A stretch of DNA of 56,735 nucleotides from Chiloscyllium plagiosum (lineage: Eukaryota): positions 10,972,325 to 11,029,059 of the forward strand of contig NC_057718.1 in NCBI RefSeq assembly GCF_004010195.1, written 5' to 3'. Position 1 is the first letter of the stretch; each line of letters opens with the position of its first letter. The position numbers were made by a program, and so were the translations under genes. Below the pieces are notes generated by a model. It was not told the origin of the DNA, made no database searches, and saw nothing but the letters and a program-made list of their open reading frames with translations. Shown piece by piece: positions 1 through 12,473 of the stretch.

Positions 1-119
1 CTATGGTGGTGTCATCAGTGAACTTGTAAATGGCATTAGTCTGGTATTTGGTGACACAGTCAAGGGTATTACAGTGAGTACAGTAGAGGGTCATCCTAGT
101 AAATTTCCTCTGAACCATT

Positions 120-1740
120 CCCAAAGCTTCCACATCCTTCCTATAATACGGTGACCAGAACTGCTCGCAATACTTTAGGTGGGACCTCACTAGTGTCTTC
201 GAGGAGAAAGTGAGGGCTGCAGATGCTGGAGATCAAAGCTGAAAATGTGTTGCTGTAAAAGCGCAGCAGGTCAGGCAGCATCTTCAGGAAGGGCTTATGC
301 CCGAAACGTCGATTCTCCTGTTCCTTGGATGCTGCCTGACCTGCTGCGCTTTTCCAGCAACACATTTTCAGCTCACTAGTGTCTTGCAGAGCTGAAGCAT
401 GATCTTGTGGCTCTGAAAATCAATTCCCCTTCCAATAAACGCCAACACACCATATGCCTTCTTAACACCCCTATCAATCTGGATGGCAATTTTCAGGGAT
501 TTATGCACCTGGACACCGAGATCTCTGTTTATCTACACTGTCAAGGATTTACCATTAGCTCAGTACACTGCATTCCTGTTATTTCTTCCAAAGTAAACTA
601 TCTCACACTTTTCCACATTAGACTCCATTTGCCACTTTTCTGCTCAGCTCTGCATCTTATCTATGTCCTTCTGTAACCCACAACATCCTTCAGCACTATC
701 CACAAATCTGCCTAAGTGTCATTCGCACATTTACTAACCCATCCTTCTAAGCCCACATCCAGGTCATTTATGAAAATGACAAACAGCAGTGGCCCCAAAA
801 CAGATCAGTGTGTGGCACACCACTGGTAACGGAGCTCCTGGATGAACATTTCCCATCAACGACCATCCTCTGTCTTCTTTCAGCTAGCCAATTTCTGATC
901 CAAACCACTAAATCACCTTCAATCACGAAACTCCATATTTTGTGCAATAACCTACCGGGTGGAAACTTATCAAATGCCTTACTGAAGTCCATATACAACC
1001 ACTTTACCTTCATCCACCTGTTTTGTCCTTTCTCGAATTCAATAAAGGTTAGAAAGACACGATCTACCCTTCTAAAAACTGTGTTGACTATCCCTAATCA
1101 AATTATTCTTTACCAAATGCTTATAAATCCTAACTCTTATAATCTTTTCCAACACCTTACCCACAACCGAAGTAAGGCTCACTGGCCAATAATTACCAGG
1201 GCTGTCCCAACTCCCCGTCTTAAACAAGGGAACAACATTTGCTATCCTCCAGTCTTCCAGCACTACTCCGGTCAACAATGATGACAAAAAAGATCGAAGC
1301 CAAAGGCTCTGCAATCTCCTCCCTGGCTTCCCAGAGAATCTGAGTATAAATCCCATCCGGCCCAGAGATCTTATCTATTTTCAGATCTTCCAAAATTGCT
1401 AAAACCTCCTCTTTGTCAACCTCAATCCCATCTAATCTTGTAAGCTGTCTCTCCATATCCTCACTAACATTGCCCATTTCCAATGTGAATACTGATGAAC
1501 AATATTCATTATGTCCTCAGATTCCACACAGAACTTTCCATTACTATCTTTGATTGGCCCTAATCTTACTCTAGTCAGTCATTCTTTTATTCCTGATATA
1601 CTTATTGAAGGCCTTAAAGGTTTTTCTTCACCCTATCCACCAACAACTTCTCATGTCCCCTCCTAGCTCTTCTTAGCCCTCTCTTTAGATCTTTTCTGGC
1701 TAACTTATAACACAAGCCACCTAACTGAAACTGGACACCC
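120..1740 (-). mobile_element. CR1-clade LINE fragment (ORF2 RT region), degenerate
   Basis: Minus-strand ORFs with CR1 motifs: KISGPDGIY, EDWRIANVVPLFK, PGNYWPVSLTSVVGK, YMDFSKAFDKFP, VTSGVP. Boundaries approximate. Confidence 0.88.
200..371. mobile_element. Penelope-derived fold-back element (family A) nested in CR1
   Basis: Long inverted arms (gctgaaaatgtgttgctg...cagcaacacattttcagc). 14-bp direct repeat ctcactagtgtctt at 186-199 and 372-385. Confidence 0.8.
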
Positions 1741-2272
1741 CTCACCCTCACATAAGTCGTCTTCTTCCCCTTGACAAGACTTAGCAGATTATTCTGTCCT
1801 AATAGACAGGTAGGTATTTAAAATCCCCTATATCTATAGCTTTGTCATGCCTGCTCATTTTTGTAGTACAACTACAAAGCTTTATTTGATGATGAAAAGA
1901 AACATGCTGCCAATGCATTTTGTCTTGCATTCAATCAGGGACAAATGCAAGAATGCCAAATAATGACATTTTATACTGCAAATCAAACTCTGATTAGTTG
2001 AGGCATTTTGTTTTTTTCATGCTAAGTAATTTTAACATAAAGAATTACATAACATTTGACGAACAGTCATGAATGTGCTAACAACTTTATTAACAAATAA
2101 TAAATAGCCAAGCTCTGAACATGGCTCGTTCGTACTTGCTTGAGCTGAACTTCCACTTTGTTCTCAATATGAAGATCTGCAGTATGTATGTATCCACACA
2201 ATAGTTCACTGAAATATAATCTTCAAGGCCTCTATCTTCCTCAGGATCCTCTGATATATTCTAATTTTAGAT

Positions 2273-2381
2273 TCGATTAGATTCCCTACAGTGTGGAAAC
2301 AGGCCCTTCGGTCCAACAAGTCTATTCTGATCCTCCAAAGAGTAACCCACCCAGACCCATTTCCCTCTGACTAACGCACCT
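2273..2381 (-). mobile_element. HE1-type SINE 3' fragment
   Basis: attccctacagtgtggaaacaggcccttcgg tail shared with the full copies at 39419 and 53342. Confidence 0.75.
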
Positions 2382-3451
2382 ATTTATTTGGCTCTGGTAC
2401 TTTACAAAAAAGCTCCTCTCATAAAAAAACCTTTCAACTTTAGTCTATTGAATCTGCTTGTGTCCTCTATCATCACTCCCTTTGGATTTGTTTCCTATTT
2501 GACAAGTCTATATTACCATACCAGCTGCTTTGATTTAATGTTCATAACCATATTGGATTACAACAGGTTTACTTTTCTCCCCCCTTCATTCAGTTTGTAT
2601 ATAGGCTCTGTAATGCTATTAGATCTAAATCTGCCTATAGAATAATTTTTCTCATGTTGCTTCCTTCAACCTATACAATATTTTAATTGCCTGTTTATTG
2701 TTGTTGTTCCCTACAGACCACACTTATTCCTATTTCTGATGAATGGTCATCCATCTTAAACATTTAAAATTGGTTTCTCTCTCCAACAGGTACTGCATGC
2801 ACTGAGGATTGCCACCGTTTTCTGTTTTTCTTCCTGCAGCTTTGATTTTTTTTTGGTCTATTTGTCCTGTACAAACTTTTCTTCATTCAGCACATAATTC
2901 AGGAAGCAGATCAGAGGATTGTCATCTGTGCAGTGCTACTCTTCAAAACCTTTTCCGAATTGCCTAAAACCACCTGTTCTTTACCTTCAGCTTCCACATG
3001 GACTCTCCCTCCCCATCTATTTCTGTACAATAATACCTGAACTATAACATGTCTCTCATCATTGTGCTTTCGAAACCACAAAATATCTAGGATTTGGGGG
3101 CTGTGATGACATATATTCGGCCAACCACTCCAAGTACTGCATCATTGTTGTTGAACTCCTTGAACATACATCTCCTTGAACTCTCTCTTGTACCATTGTA
3201 GTGCTGTTTCTGTATCCCCGTATCAGTTGAAGCAAACACTCAGACACAGTACAGCTTAACCTTCTTCATGTTTATTCTGGGCCCTGGTGGGAGAGAATCA
3301 TCACCCATGTGCAGAGAGACATGAGTTCTCAGTCTTCTCTTGAACAGCAGATTCTTAAGGAATTATAACGTCACGTACAGGGAGCAGCATCCCAATAAGG
3401 CAACATCTAAATTGATTGGGTGACCATTACAATCAGCGAACATCAACAATA

Positions 3452-3646
3452 AAGATTAAGCCATCGGGCATTACACAGTGGATGTTCTTAACCTTGTTAT
3501 CTGGCATTACATAACCTTGTTAACCCACTACCCTTGCCTTCTGCGCCTTATTGTTTACTGCAAGTTCTTATTTGGTCAGAGTCATGCTAGGTGAGCCTTT
3601 GTCACGCAACCCTAAACTTAACTCTTTCCCTTATACATTTTCTCAC
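3452..3646 (+). repeat. Unnamed dispersed repeat, copy 1 of 3
   Basis: aagattaagccatc.ggcatta...gcaagttctta.(c/t)tggtca.agtc...actctttcc aligns by eye with 6067-6327 and 8121-8970. Confidence 0.85.
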
Positions 3647-4009
3647 CATTGTAATTTATTGGATTGTTCTACCTGGTCATTTTCCCCAACCGGAGCTCCA
3701 AACCTGTTGCAGAGTATTTCATTCAATGTATTCCTCTAACCTTTCCTCTGCTCCTGGGGAAGCCACTCAATTTTACACTGCTCATGCCTTTTCTCTAATC
3801 AGTTAACCATCACCTTCCATTTGATGTATTAAATTGGTTTATCACACTGAACAGAAAACAGAAGATAAGTGACAAATAAATTCCAATTCAGATGACATGG
3901 GAAATGAGACAAAACATTTTTCTTGCTAGTATAGTTGCAGAATGCAGCACTACATCTACCTTCAACTAACACAGAGGATCCCAGCAGTATCTCTTCTACT
4001 GCTCCACAA

Positions 4010-4785
4010 TATTTTCTAATCAACCTGTTCAGAGGTATTAGTTCACTGCTGGAGCAAGTGTGCCTTAGACCCGTGCCTCCTGGACTAGAGGTAGGGACAC
4101 TACCACCACACAAGGGCCCCAGTGATGCACTCAGCCATTATTTCTGACATTTCAATGACGGGTGGCAGGTGGTACTTGAACAAAAGCCACCTGGCTCAAA
4201 GGCAGGAACACACCACTGTGCTACAAGAGCTAATTAGTGCTCAAGGGAGATATTATTAGCCAACTGTTCAGAGATGTTATTATATTCCCCTGGTGACAGG
4301 TGGGATTTGAACCAGGTCTCCTGGCTCACAGAATTAGTGCTATGCATTTTCTAATCAACTTGTTTAGATGCATTGTTACACATTGCTAAAGCAGCTGGGG
4401 CATTCACCCAGGTCTCCTGCTTCAGAGCTGGGGACCCTAACACTGCACCAAAAGAGCTCCGTTACTGCTCTTAAGTATTTTTCCTTTTTTCCTAACCAAT
4501 CTTAAATGGTTAGGTGGATTGGCCATGCTAAATTGCCCATTGTGCCCAGGGACGTGCAGGCATGAGGGATTAGCAGGGTTACAGGGATTGTGGGAACTGG
4601 GCAGGCTGGTGTCGATGGGATGCTGTTCAGAACTCGATGGGCCAAAGGGCCTGTTTCCACATTGCTGGGATTCTGTGATCTGTTCAGAGATGCTATTACA
4701 CACCTAAAGAGCAGGTGAACCTAGGCCTACTGATCCAGAGGTAGGCACACTACCTCTGTGGTACAAGAGTTCCAATTAGTGCTGT
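4010..4785 (-). repeat. Degenerate tandem array (~5 units, ~100-130 bp) of a tRNA-like SINE head, interrupted by an HE1 fragment (4505-4678)
   Basis: Recurrent ctaatcaacctgttcagagatgttattaca...ctcctggctcagaggtagggacactaccactg..acaagagc. The reverse complement has A-box-like TGGTGCAGTG and B-box-like GGTTCAAATCC. Confidence 0.7.
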
Positions 4786-5019
4786 AGGTAATTAATTAAA
4801 AAACACCCTTCCCCTGTATATCTGAACAAGATAATTAATACAGCATGAAGGAATGTTGAAAATGGATGCAGAACATATGAAACAGAAACAGAAATTGCTG
4901 GAAATTTCTAACAAGTCATGCAGTGCCCTTGGAGGCAGAAACAGAGATAATGTTTCAGGTCAATGGTAATTTATCAGAAAATCAAAGCTCTATCAAAAGA
5001 TCACTGGTCTGAAAGAGGG

Positions 5020-5450
5020 TCATGGAGCATGGAAACATACCTTTTGGTCCAACTCGTATGCACTGACCAGTTATCTCAATCTGAGCTAGTCCAATTTGCC
5101 AATATTTGGCCCAAATCCCTTTACACTTTTCCTATTCATGTGCCTTTTAAATGTTATAATTATACCAGCCTCCACAGTTTCCTCTGACAGTTCGTTCCAA
5201 TACACACACCACCCTGTGTGTGAAAAAGTTACCCCTCAGGTAATTTTTAAATCTTTCTCGTCTCAATTTCCACCTATGCCCTCTAGTTTCGGACTCACCT
5301 ACCCTTTGGAAAAGGCCTTGGCTATTCATCCTGTGCTCATCATTTTATAAACCTCTATAAAAGGTCACCTCTCAGCCTCCAATGCTCCAGGGAAAAAAGT
5401 CCCAATCTATTCAGTCTCTCCCTTTAACTCAAACCCTCTAGCCCCTGTTA
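5020..5450 (-). mobile_element. CR1 LINE 3' fragment
   Basis: ORF 5147..5329 (TRGHRWKLRRERFKNYLRGNFFTHRVV) is the CR1 ORF2 C-terminus, followed by the 3' tail. Confidence 0.85.
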
Positions 5451-6066
5451 ACATTTTCTCTGACCAGCATTTTCTAGCTTTACTGATTTTTAATTAATTT
5501 TAACTTGCACTAGTCGTTTCATTTGAAAATTAACTGATTAATATAATATCCCTCTTCACTTTCAAACATTTGTCCTCTGAACTTCCCTTTCTATTTAGAT
5601 AGCTATGATGGACAGAGTAAAGATGAATAGTAATTTCACTGGGACACGACAGATCCAGCAGTTGATTCTTCAGCGCACAGGCGCTGAGGAGTGAGCTTTG
5701 CATACTGAACAAAAACTCAACAAAGCAGATTGAAAAGGGAGATGTCTAATTACAAGGCATCCAACTGCATTTCAAGTGGTTTAAATCACTTTACGTAAAA
5801 TTTGTGGGGTTTTTTTGTGCTGTGATGGTTATATCTGCAGACAGGTAGGATATTTTTAGGTAAAGCTTCACCATTAAAAGTAAAATGACTAAATAATCTT
5901 TGACAAATTCTTTATTGCTACCAAACTGCTGCTAAAAGTTCACTGATAACAGGACAAGTTCAGTGGGGATGCCCCTACCGGTAAATGGCATACAGACACT
6001 CAGTTTCCAAGCTCACAGCTGAAACATAGACTTCCAGCATTCTATCCAGTGGCTATTAACATCTAC

Positions 6067-6327
6067 AAGATTAAGCCATCTGGCATTATACAACTAATGT
6101 TCTTAACCTTGTTAACTGGCTTCAGATAATGAATGCTTTTTCACCTTGTTAACTGGCTTTACATAATGAATGCTTTTCACTTCATTAACCCACTATCCCT
6201 GCCCCCAGCACCTCAATGTTTCCTGCAAGTTCTTATCTGGTCAAAGTCATGCTAGCTGAGCCTTTGTCTCATACAACTCAAAACTTAACTCTTTCCTTAG
6301 CTGCTCATATCTTGTACACTTTCTCAT
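6067..6327 (+). repeat. Unnamed dispersed repeat, copy 2 of 3 (with an internal ~37-bp tandem duplication)
   Basis: Aligns with copies 1 and 3. accttgttaactggctt.a.ataatgaatgctttt occurs twice. Confidence 0.85.
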
Positions 6328-6333
6328 TCCCTC

Positions 6334-6574
6334 CTGTAGTGCAGCAGCTGCAGGCTAGGTGAACACAGTATTCTTTGCGGCTTCTGCTCCCACTCTGCTG
6401 TTAAATGTAACAAAGCCAACTGGCTGTTGTGATGTTCGCTTGACCAGTGAACTATCATATCCATTAAATGATCAAAAGGAGGTAGAGATCAGGTGGTTTA
6501 ATGTCCACAGGAAGCCCACTGACAAAAAGCGTGCAGACCTCCTCTTCACCGTTGTTAGCTGCTTCACTTTTCAT
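6334..6574 (-). pseudogene. RBPMS2: Processed (intronless) pseudogene fragment of RBPMS2 (RRM protein)
   Basis: The minus strand reads [33 protein letters not shown], then a frameshift near 6473, then [35 protein letters not shown], then jumps to FT*PAAAALQ. This matches the RBPMS2 RRM ([59 protein letters not shown]) and its downstream FTYP/Ala-rich segment, with no introns. Confidence 0.9.
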
Positions 6575-8120
6575 GCTCTGACTGGGGAGCTGATTGAATC
6601 CATTGGATCTTGTTGTGGAGGTGTGGGCAGTGGTCCAAAGTCATGGTTTAGAGTTTCTCTATTCACAGGTAGAGAAGATGTTAGCAGATGAAAGTATCTT
6701 TGCATTTCCTCTCTCATCCTTTCCTTGCTAAGGTATGAAGACACTCATGCATTTAACTGCACTAAATTGTGTCTGCCTATTTCAACATACTTTGAATTCT
6801 TGAAGTCTGTTACTCTGTTCACTATTTATTTATGACATTATCAAGTTTTATACAATCCATAAATTTCTAACTTGTACTGCCTAAACAACAATCAATGGTC
6901 CTAAAATCAAACCCTTGGGTTATTCAACAATTATTTTCCTTCAACAAATTGAGACTTGGCTAATGTGAAAGCTGTCAGGAAAAGTATTTCAAAAGTCTGG
7001 AACAGCAAGAAAACAACAAAAGTGTTTCCTCTGCTTTAGTAATTGAAGAGGCAGTTTCAGTTCAGATTTAAATCTCAAATATTCGTGGGAAACAAATGCA
7101 GAATATATTAAAATATGTTCTCCAAATGAAACTTCACAAATAAAACAGTCAGAATTACAGTGGCAACTTTGGTAGAGATCGACACTCTGAATTTGCAATA
7201 TGAAGAGGGCCAAGGAAGTCTTAATAATTGAAAGAATGTCAACAGCTCAGCCCCAAGTTCTAATATTCTCTCGAAAAACACAGCAAAGGTATTATCACAC
7301 AACACTCACCTGACTAAAGCACGACTACTGACCCAATTGTTTTTTGAAACAGGCATTGTAGAATTTGAAACAAATCAGGGGCTTAAGGCACTCAATTTGT
7401 TTTAAGGTTACAAGTTGGATAATTTTAAAAAGGGCATAATGTTATAGAATTTCAATGTGAAAACAAAATCTGCCCCATTACATAGCCCACAAGACACAAT
7501 GAATTGAGATCGTGATTCAGACAAGACAAAACAGTTACTTGAAAGGGTTTTCTGAACCAGCATTTTAACAAATCAAAATTTTAAACATCAAACACTCTCA
7601 GCATGGCACAATTTACAATGAAACTTCCTTTTCTGACCCAAGTATTAGTACAGCCTTAATTTCAGCATTTCTCGGTTTTTTTTGAAGAGCCTCTGGTCAG
7701 AAATCTACTCATTTTAATATGGGGGAAAAACGCGCACATTTGAGACCCACCTCAGTTCACCTGATGACGATCCATGAAATGGAAAACAAGGAGGCAAAAC
7801 GATGGTGGAGGTCGCCCCAAAAGATCCAGAGTCGGACAAAAATAAATCATATCCACAGACTCTGAATCAACTACCACTGTACAGAAAGAAAAAAAATACA
7901 AGCCTTGGTCCAAGATTCCCAAAGCTCTGTGAACCCCACAATGCCTGGTGCACGCACACAAAAAGATCAGTAAAACATCCTCACCCTGGTGGAAACCGGA
8001 CTAAGCTGCGAAGGAAAGACAGACCAGCCGTACCGTCATGACAAAAAACCTTGCAGCAGAGTACATGGCGCCGCAGTCCGTGCCACTCTCTTCCCAATTA
8101 CAATCAGTGAGCAAAGGTAA

Positions 8121-8970
8121 ATATTAAGCCATCAGGCATTATACAATAAATGACTTTACCTTGTTAACTAGCTTCACATGATGAATGCTTTTTCATCTTG
8201 TTAACCCATTACCCTTGCCTCCAGCACCTCATTGTTTACTGCAAGTTCTTACCTGGTCAAAGTCTGCTACCTGAGCCTTTGCCACTCACAACCTGAGTAT
8301 CTAAAATCTGGATTTAGGCTGTTGTCAGGAGTAAAAGCATTCATTAAATGGTTGCTAACTACAAAATGGCTTCTAAATGCAAGTAACATAAAATAACATA
8401 ACAAAATGGCTTCAAGCTGCAAATTAACACAGTTTAAAATGGCTTCTCACCCTGCTATAGGCTGCATTCCTGCCATGCTGAGCTAACTGAATCTAAGATA
8501 AAGCAGAACAATGGACCCTTCACAGTATGAAATTAACTAAGCTAGATAGGACATTACTAACCATCCCAGCTCACCTTGAACTGATGGGAAAAGATAATGT
8601 GTGTTGAACAACTTTGTTTCCCAGGAAATATCATTGGGTTAACTTGCTGTCCAGTCATTTTATTACACTTTATTGGATTTACTCTGCAATTCAGACTGTA
8701 CTATTTCTTTAAAAAAACTAAAATTGCCTTTGTTCCAAGTGAAATTGAGCAGTTTCTCCAAGGAACACAGAAGCTTTTAACCTCTATGTTGCTGGACAAA
8801 CCTGTGGCCGGCGTTGTAATAAATTGTGAAATCTTGCTGAACAGACTGTACTCCCGTTGTTTCTTTGACTGATCGTGGAACAGAGAGACCCCTCCCGGGG
8901 GGGGGGTTGAGATCTTCAAACCCAAAACATTACTCTTTCCCTATATGCTCATAACTTATACACGTTCTCA
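8121..8970 (+). repeat. Unnamed dispersed repeat, copy 3 of 3, split by a solo LTR
   Basis: Homology stops at 8293 and resumes at 8919-8970 (caaaacattactctttccc...ttctcat). Confidence 0.8.
8294..8918 (+). mobile_element. Solo LTR (625 bp)
   Basis: TG...CA termini with an imperfect inverted repeat (tgagtatct / agatcttca). 4-bp TSD AACC (8290-8293, 8919-8922). AATAAA near 8818. It cleanly interrupts another repeat. Confidence 0.8.
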
Positions 8971-10769
8971 TCTGGGTTTTGCTAAGCTAAAGCCATTTCT
9001 TGATTAGTTTGCTTTTGTCTTTAGGATAATGATTTTCAACTTTTTTTTCTTACCAAACATCCCTACCATATAAATAAACTTCTTTTAATACTTCAGGAGG
9101 CCTTTACCAGTTTATAAGTCATGGTTGTACAAACACTAACATTGTTAATTCTTAAACACCTTCATGAAAATGGACCAAGACTCATATGCAACAACATCCA
9201 CTCAAGCAAGATTATCAACAGTTTTAAACTATGAAAACATATACACTACCTTTCTAGAAAACTAAGACTCACACCACCTACAGGTCTGATGAAAAATATA
9301 AGACTCTGCAGGGTTTATCTTTAAAATATTTTAGCCAAGTGACACTTAGATTCAGGAGAAAAGGCTAATTCACATTGTCCCAAACATTGATTCGTAGCTA
9401 AAGTCACTTTGCACACACAAACTCATGGCAGAGATGGCTTTATGGATCAGTTACAGCCAGCTGAAACTCTTGGCTGCAGAAAACGTGATAAATTATAAAG
9501 TCTTCTTTCAGAACCTTCTATGTGCGGTAATAGGCCTTCTAGTGGGTTTTCAGATCATATACAGAGGATTTGAGATACTTGTTTGGAATTATTGTAGATG
9601 GATGTTCCCATCGAAATGTGTTCCTTGCAAATGCAATATTGTTGCTGGTGCAGTCAGCCTATAGCTTTACAATTTCAAGATATATAATTAGAGACATCCA
9701 CTTAATTAATATTTGGATCACATCTTCATAAAAAAGGCTAAACCCCTGGTTCAGCAAACAGCAATGAAAAAACATCTGAAGAAAGATCCCCTTTTTTCCA
9801 CCTTTGATCATTTCTGCCACCTCAACACAGCTCTCAGGAATCTAGAACGTCCCATGTCGTGATTAAAAGATCAGGGAGTTCTCCTGTTGGCTAACCAACA
9901 TTACTCTCTCCATGAACAATAAAAGTACATAATTTGTCTCACTGACTGTGTGGTCTTGCTATGCACAAACTGGTCGTTGTGCTTGCAGTTAAAACAACAT
10001 TTTCAAAAGCATATTGATGTGAAACATTTTAGAAAAACCTTAATGAGGTACAGTGTGATGCAAGCTTTGCATTTGCCAGAAAAGAGTTTACAGACTCCCA
10101 ATTGAAAGGGTACTAGTTCAATTACAATACATGGAAATCCTGAGAAGATTGTGGGACTGGATAAGAAACTGGATAAAAAAAGAGAGGGATAGGAAACTGT
10201 GCATTTGTAAGAGGCATAATGCTACTTGAAGGAAGTAAAGATTGGTCACAGGAATCCTTGCACAAACACTATGCTGCAGGGATAAAGGAAGAAGTTATCA
10301 GCTTGCTACATTTTCAGGAAAAAAATTGCTTATTGTGATTTGCAATTAGGGTCTTGCAAAAAGTTCATAATTGTGCAAGTTAACAGCAAAAAGAACTTAA
10401 TATCAAACACAAAATAAGTTTTGGTTGAAAAAATGATTTTCAATAGAGGCAACCTGACTGTGAGGAGTTTAATATTGAGAAAATATGGACAAATAATTCA
10501 ATAGCTAAACATTGAAATGTATTAACAGAAGATGGGGCATAAATTCAGAGACTATGCTGAAGCTCCAGAGAACACTCATCAGACTTCAATTGCAACAAAA
10601 GCATACATATTACATATAGCATTTTTCAGCACCATAGATTAAGCACTTAAAATCCCAGGGCATAGTAGGCTATGGACCAAGTGTGGGAAATGGGATCAGT
10701 ATAGTTTGGTGTTTGTTGGTTGGTATAAACAGAGTGGGCCAAGGGCCTATTTTTACGCTGCATGACTCT

Positions 10770-10980
10770 ATGACATTCCAAAACACTCTGCAGCTAATTT
10801 GTATGCAGCAAGCTCCCCACTCCACCCCCCGCAAATGGATGAAAGGCTTTGGGTTTTTGTAATGGTGATTGATAAAATATTGGTCAGTACACTGGAGATA
10901 ACTTCACCATCCTTGAAAATAGCACTGAGATGTTTTACTCCTATGAGAGGCAGATGGACCCCAGTTTAAAGTCTCAGGCA
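10770..10980 (-). mobile_element. DeuSINE (SacSINE1-like) fragment
   Basis: aaatattggtcagtacactggagataact...gagaggcagatgg...gtttaaagtctca is the reverse complement of the core also seen at 42940-43245 and 48255-48590. Family name is from recollection. Confidence 0.55.
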
Positions 10981-12317
10981 TACAATAAAGACATTAGCCA
11001 AAGATTCTCCACATTCATATAATAAATCTCCAAATTTATCAAGCACACGAGATTGACGTTGAAGATATAGTGGAATTGAAGATGTCATTAGCCATCTGCT
11101 TGATGAGTTCAGGATTGAATTCAATGGTCTTTGCTCATCTCTGGCTATATTTATGTGCTGATTGTTGCCAATAAAAGAAAAATAATCTCAAATCCTTTTC
11201 ACAAGCTTTGACTAAGACAATATACTTCTGCTGAAATCAGCATCAGGCAATTCTGTACAAGTAATTTTTCAATGCATTCCTATCTACAGAATTTCAAGGC
11301 TGAGCTGTGAACTTGGAATTATAGCTTGTCATAAGAGGTACCATGCAGAGTCTAAAAAAAATCTCTCATGCAGCTTGCTGAAAAGTTCCCTTTTAAATTA
11401 GGCAGATCCAATTCTGCCACTCATTCACTCAAGTACTTTCAGACATTACTAACAAGGCCACATGTGACAACCACTACTACCCCATTCATAGCCAAGTTTG
11501 CACAGCTGCCTCACAATTTAAGAACTCCACTGTATTCAGCTATTGTCTTTGCACAAGTCCCTGACATAGGTTAAAATATGACACATAGAACATGCATAAC
11601 ATGTAATCCCAAAGCATTGTTCAGCACATTTGAAAATATCTAGTTGTGTTACAAAATCACATTTTTTGGAAACCTGATCCTTGAAAATCTCTGCTTTGAG
11701 GAACATGCCAATGCACAGCCTTAAACTTTACATGGAAACAGTGATAGCAAGTATAGCCTTCACCTTACAAGCCATCCAAGAGCTATGGCCCATTCTGTAG
11801 CACATGTAAAAAAAAAAGAAACTCTAATTCAAATCATACAACATAGAAACTCAGAAGCCACAGCTAAAGAATATTAGGCCACCTATGATCATTATCATAT
11901 TTACCTGACCCGAAAGAAGCACTGATAACATGAGAGTATACCATCCTTCAAGTACAGAAGACTGGAATGACTCAGTTACACTTAATTCATGTGCTTTGCC
12001 TCCATATGGAAACTTGCCCATAAGTAATCACAATAGTGAGACTGTGTAGTACAAAAAAATCAGAAACTTAACTTGCCTGCATAACCCTCAAGAGAGCCTC
12101 GAAGGAGAATCTTTTCTAAATTCAAAGTGCCATTGAGATCGAATGCAAAAAAAAAACATCTCACAATTTAAGTAACAATTATTTTCAGTAAAATTCATTA
12201 TTTTGATGCATCGCACTCTGGAAAAGAAAACAACATTTGCTTGTGCTTACTACAGTGTTGCCTTTCTTCTTATACATCTCTGCAAAATCCTTGAAATTTG
12301 ACAGTTCTGTTAACTAG

Positions 12318-12473
12318 ATTCTGGATTAGTGATGCTGGAAGAGCACAGCAGTTCAGGCAGCATACTGCTCCTCGGATTTTGCTGCTCCTCGGATGCTGCC
12401 TGAGCTGCTGTGCTCCTCCAGCACCACTAATCCAGAATCTGGTTTCCAGCATCTGCAGTCATTGTTTTTACCT
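12318..12473. mobile_element. Penelope-derived fold-back element (family A-related)
   Basis: Inverted arms attctggattagtg...cactaatccagaat. Perfect 15-bp TSD agttctgttaactag at 12303-12317 and 12474-12488. Confidence 0.8.

Noticed and set aside
200..371. Hairpins as pre-miRNAs or DNA-transposon MITEs
   Set aside because: They are multi-copy with asymmetric arms and long variable TSDs, and family A is continuous with a PLE GIY-YIG end.
6005..6045. Minus-strand tgg aag tct (WKS) as the RBPMS2 C-terminus GWKSRQFC
   Set aside because: Only three codons match and the flanks do not.
6359..6691. 110-aa plus-strand ORF
   Set aside because: It is the antisense shadow of the RBPMS2 retrocopy, with no recognisable product.
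3452..8970. Repeat-spacer pattern as a CRISPR-like array
   Set aside because: The repeats are ~200 bp and diverged, with kb-scale spacing, in eukaryotic DNA with no cas genes.
9425..9664. 79-aa hydrophobic ORF and other short ORFs outside TEs and exons
   Set aside because: No recognisable homology or splice context, and the lengths are what chance gives.
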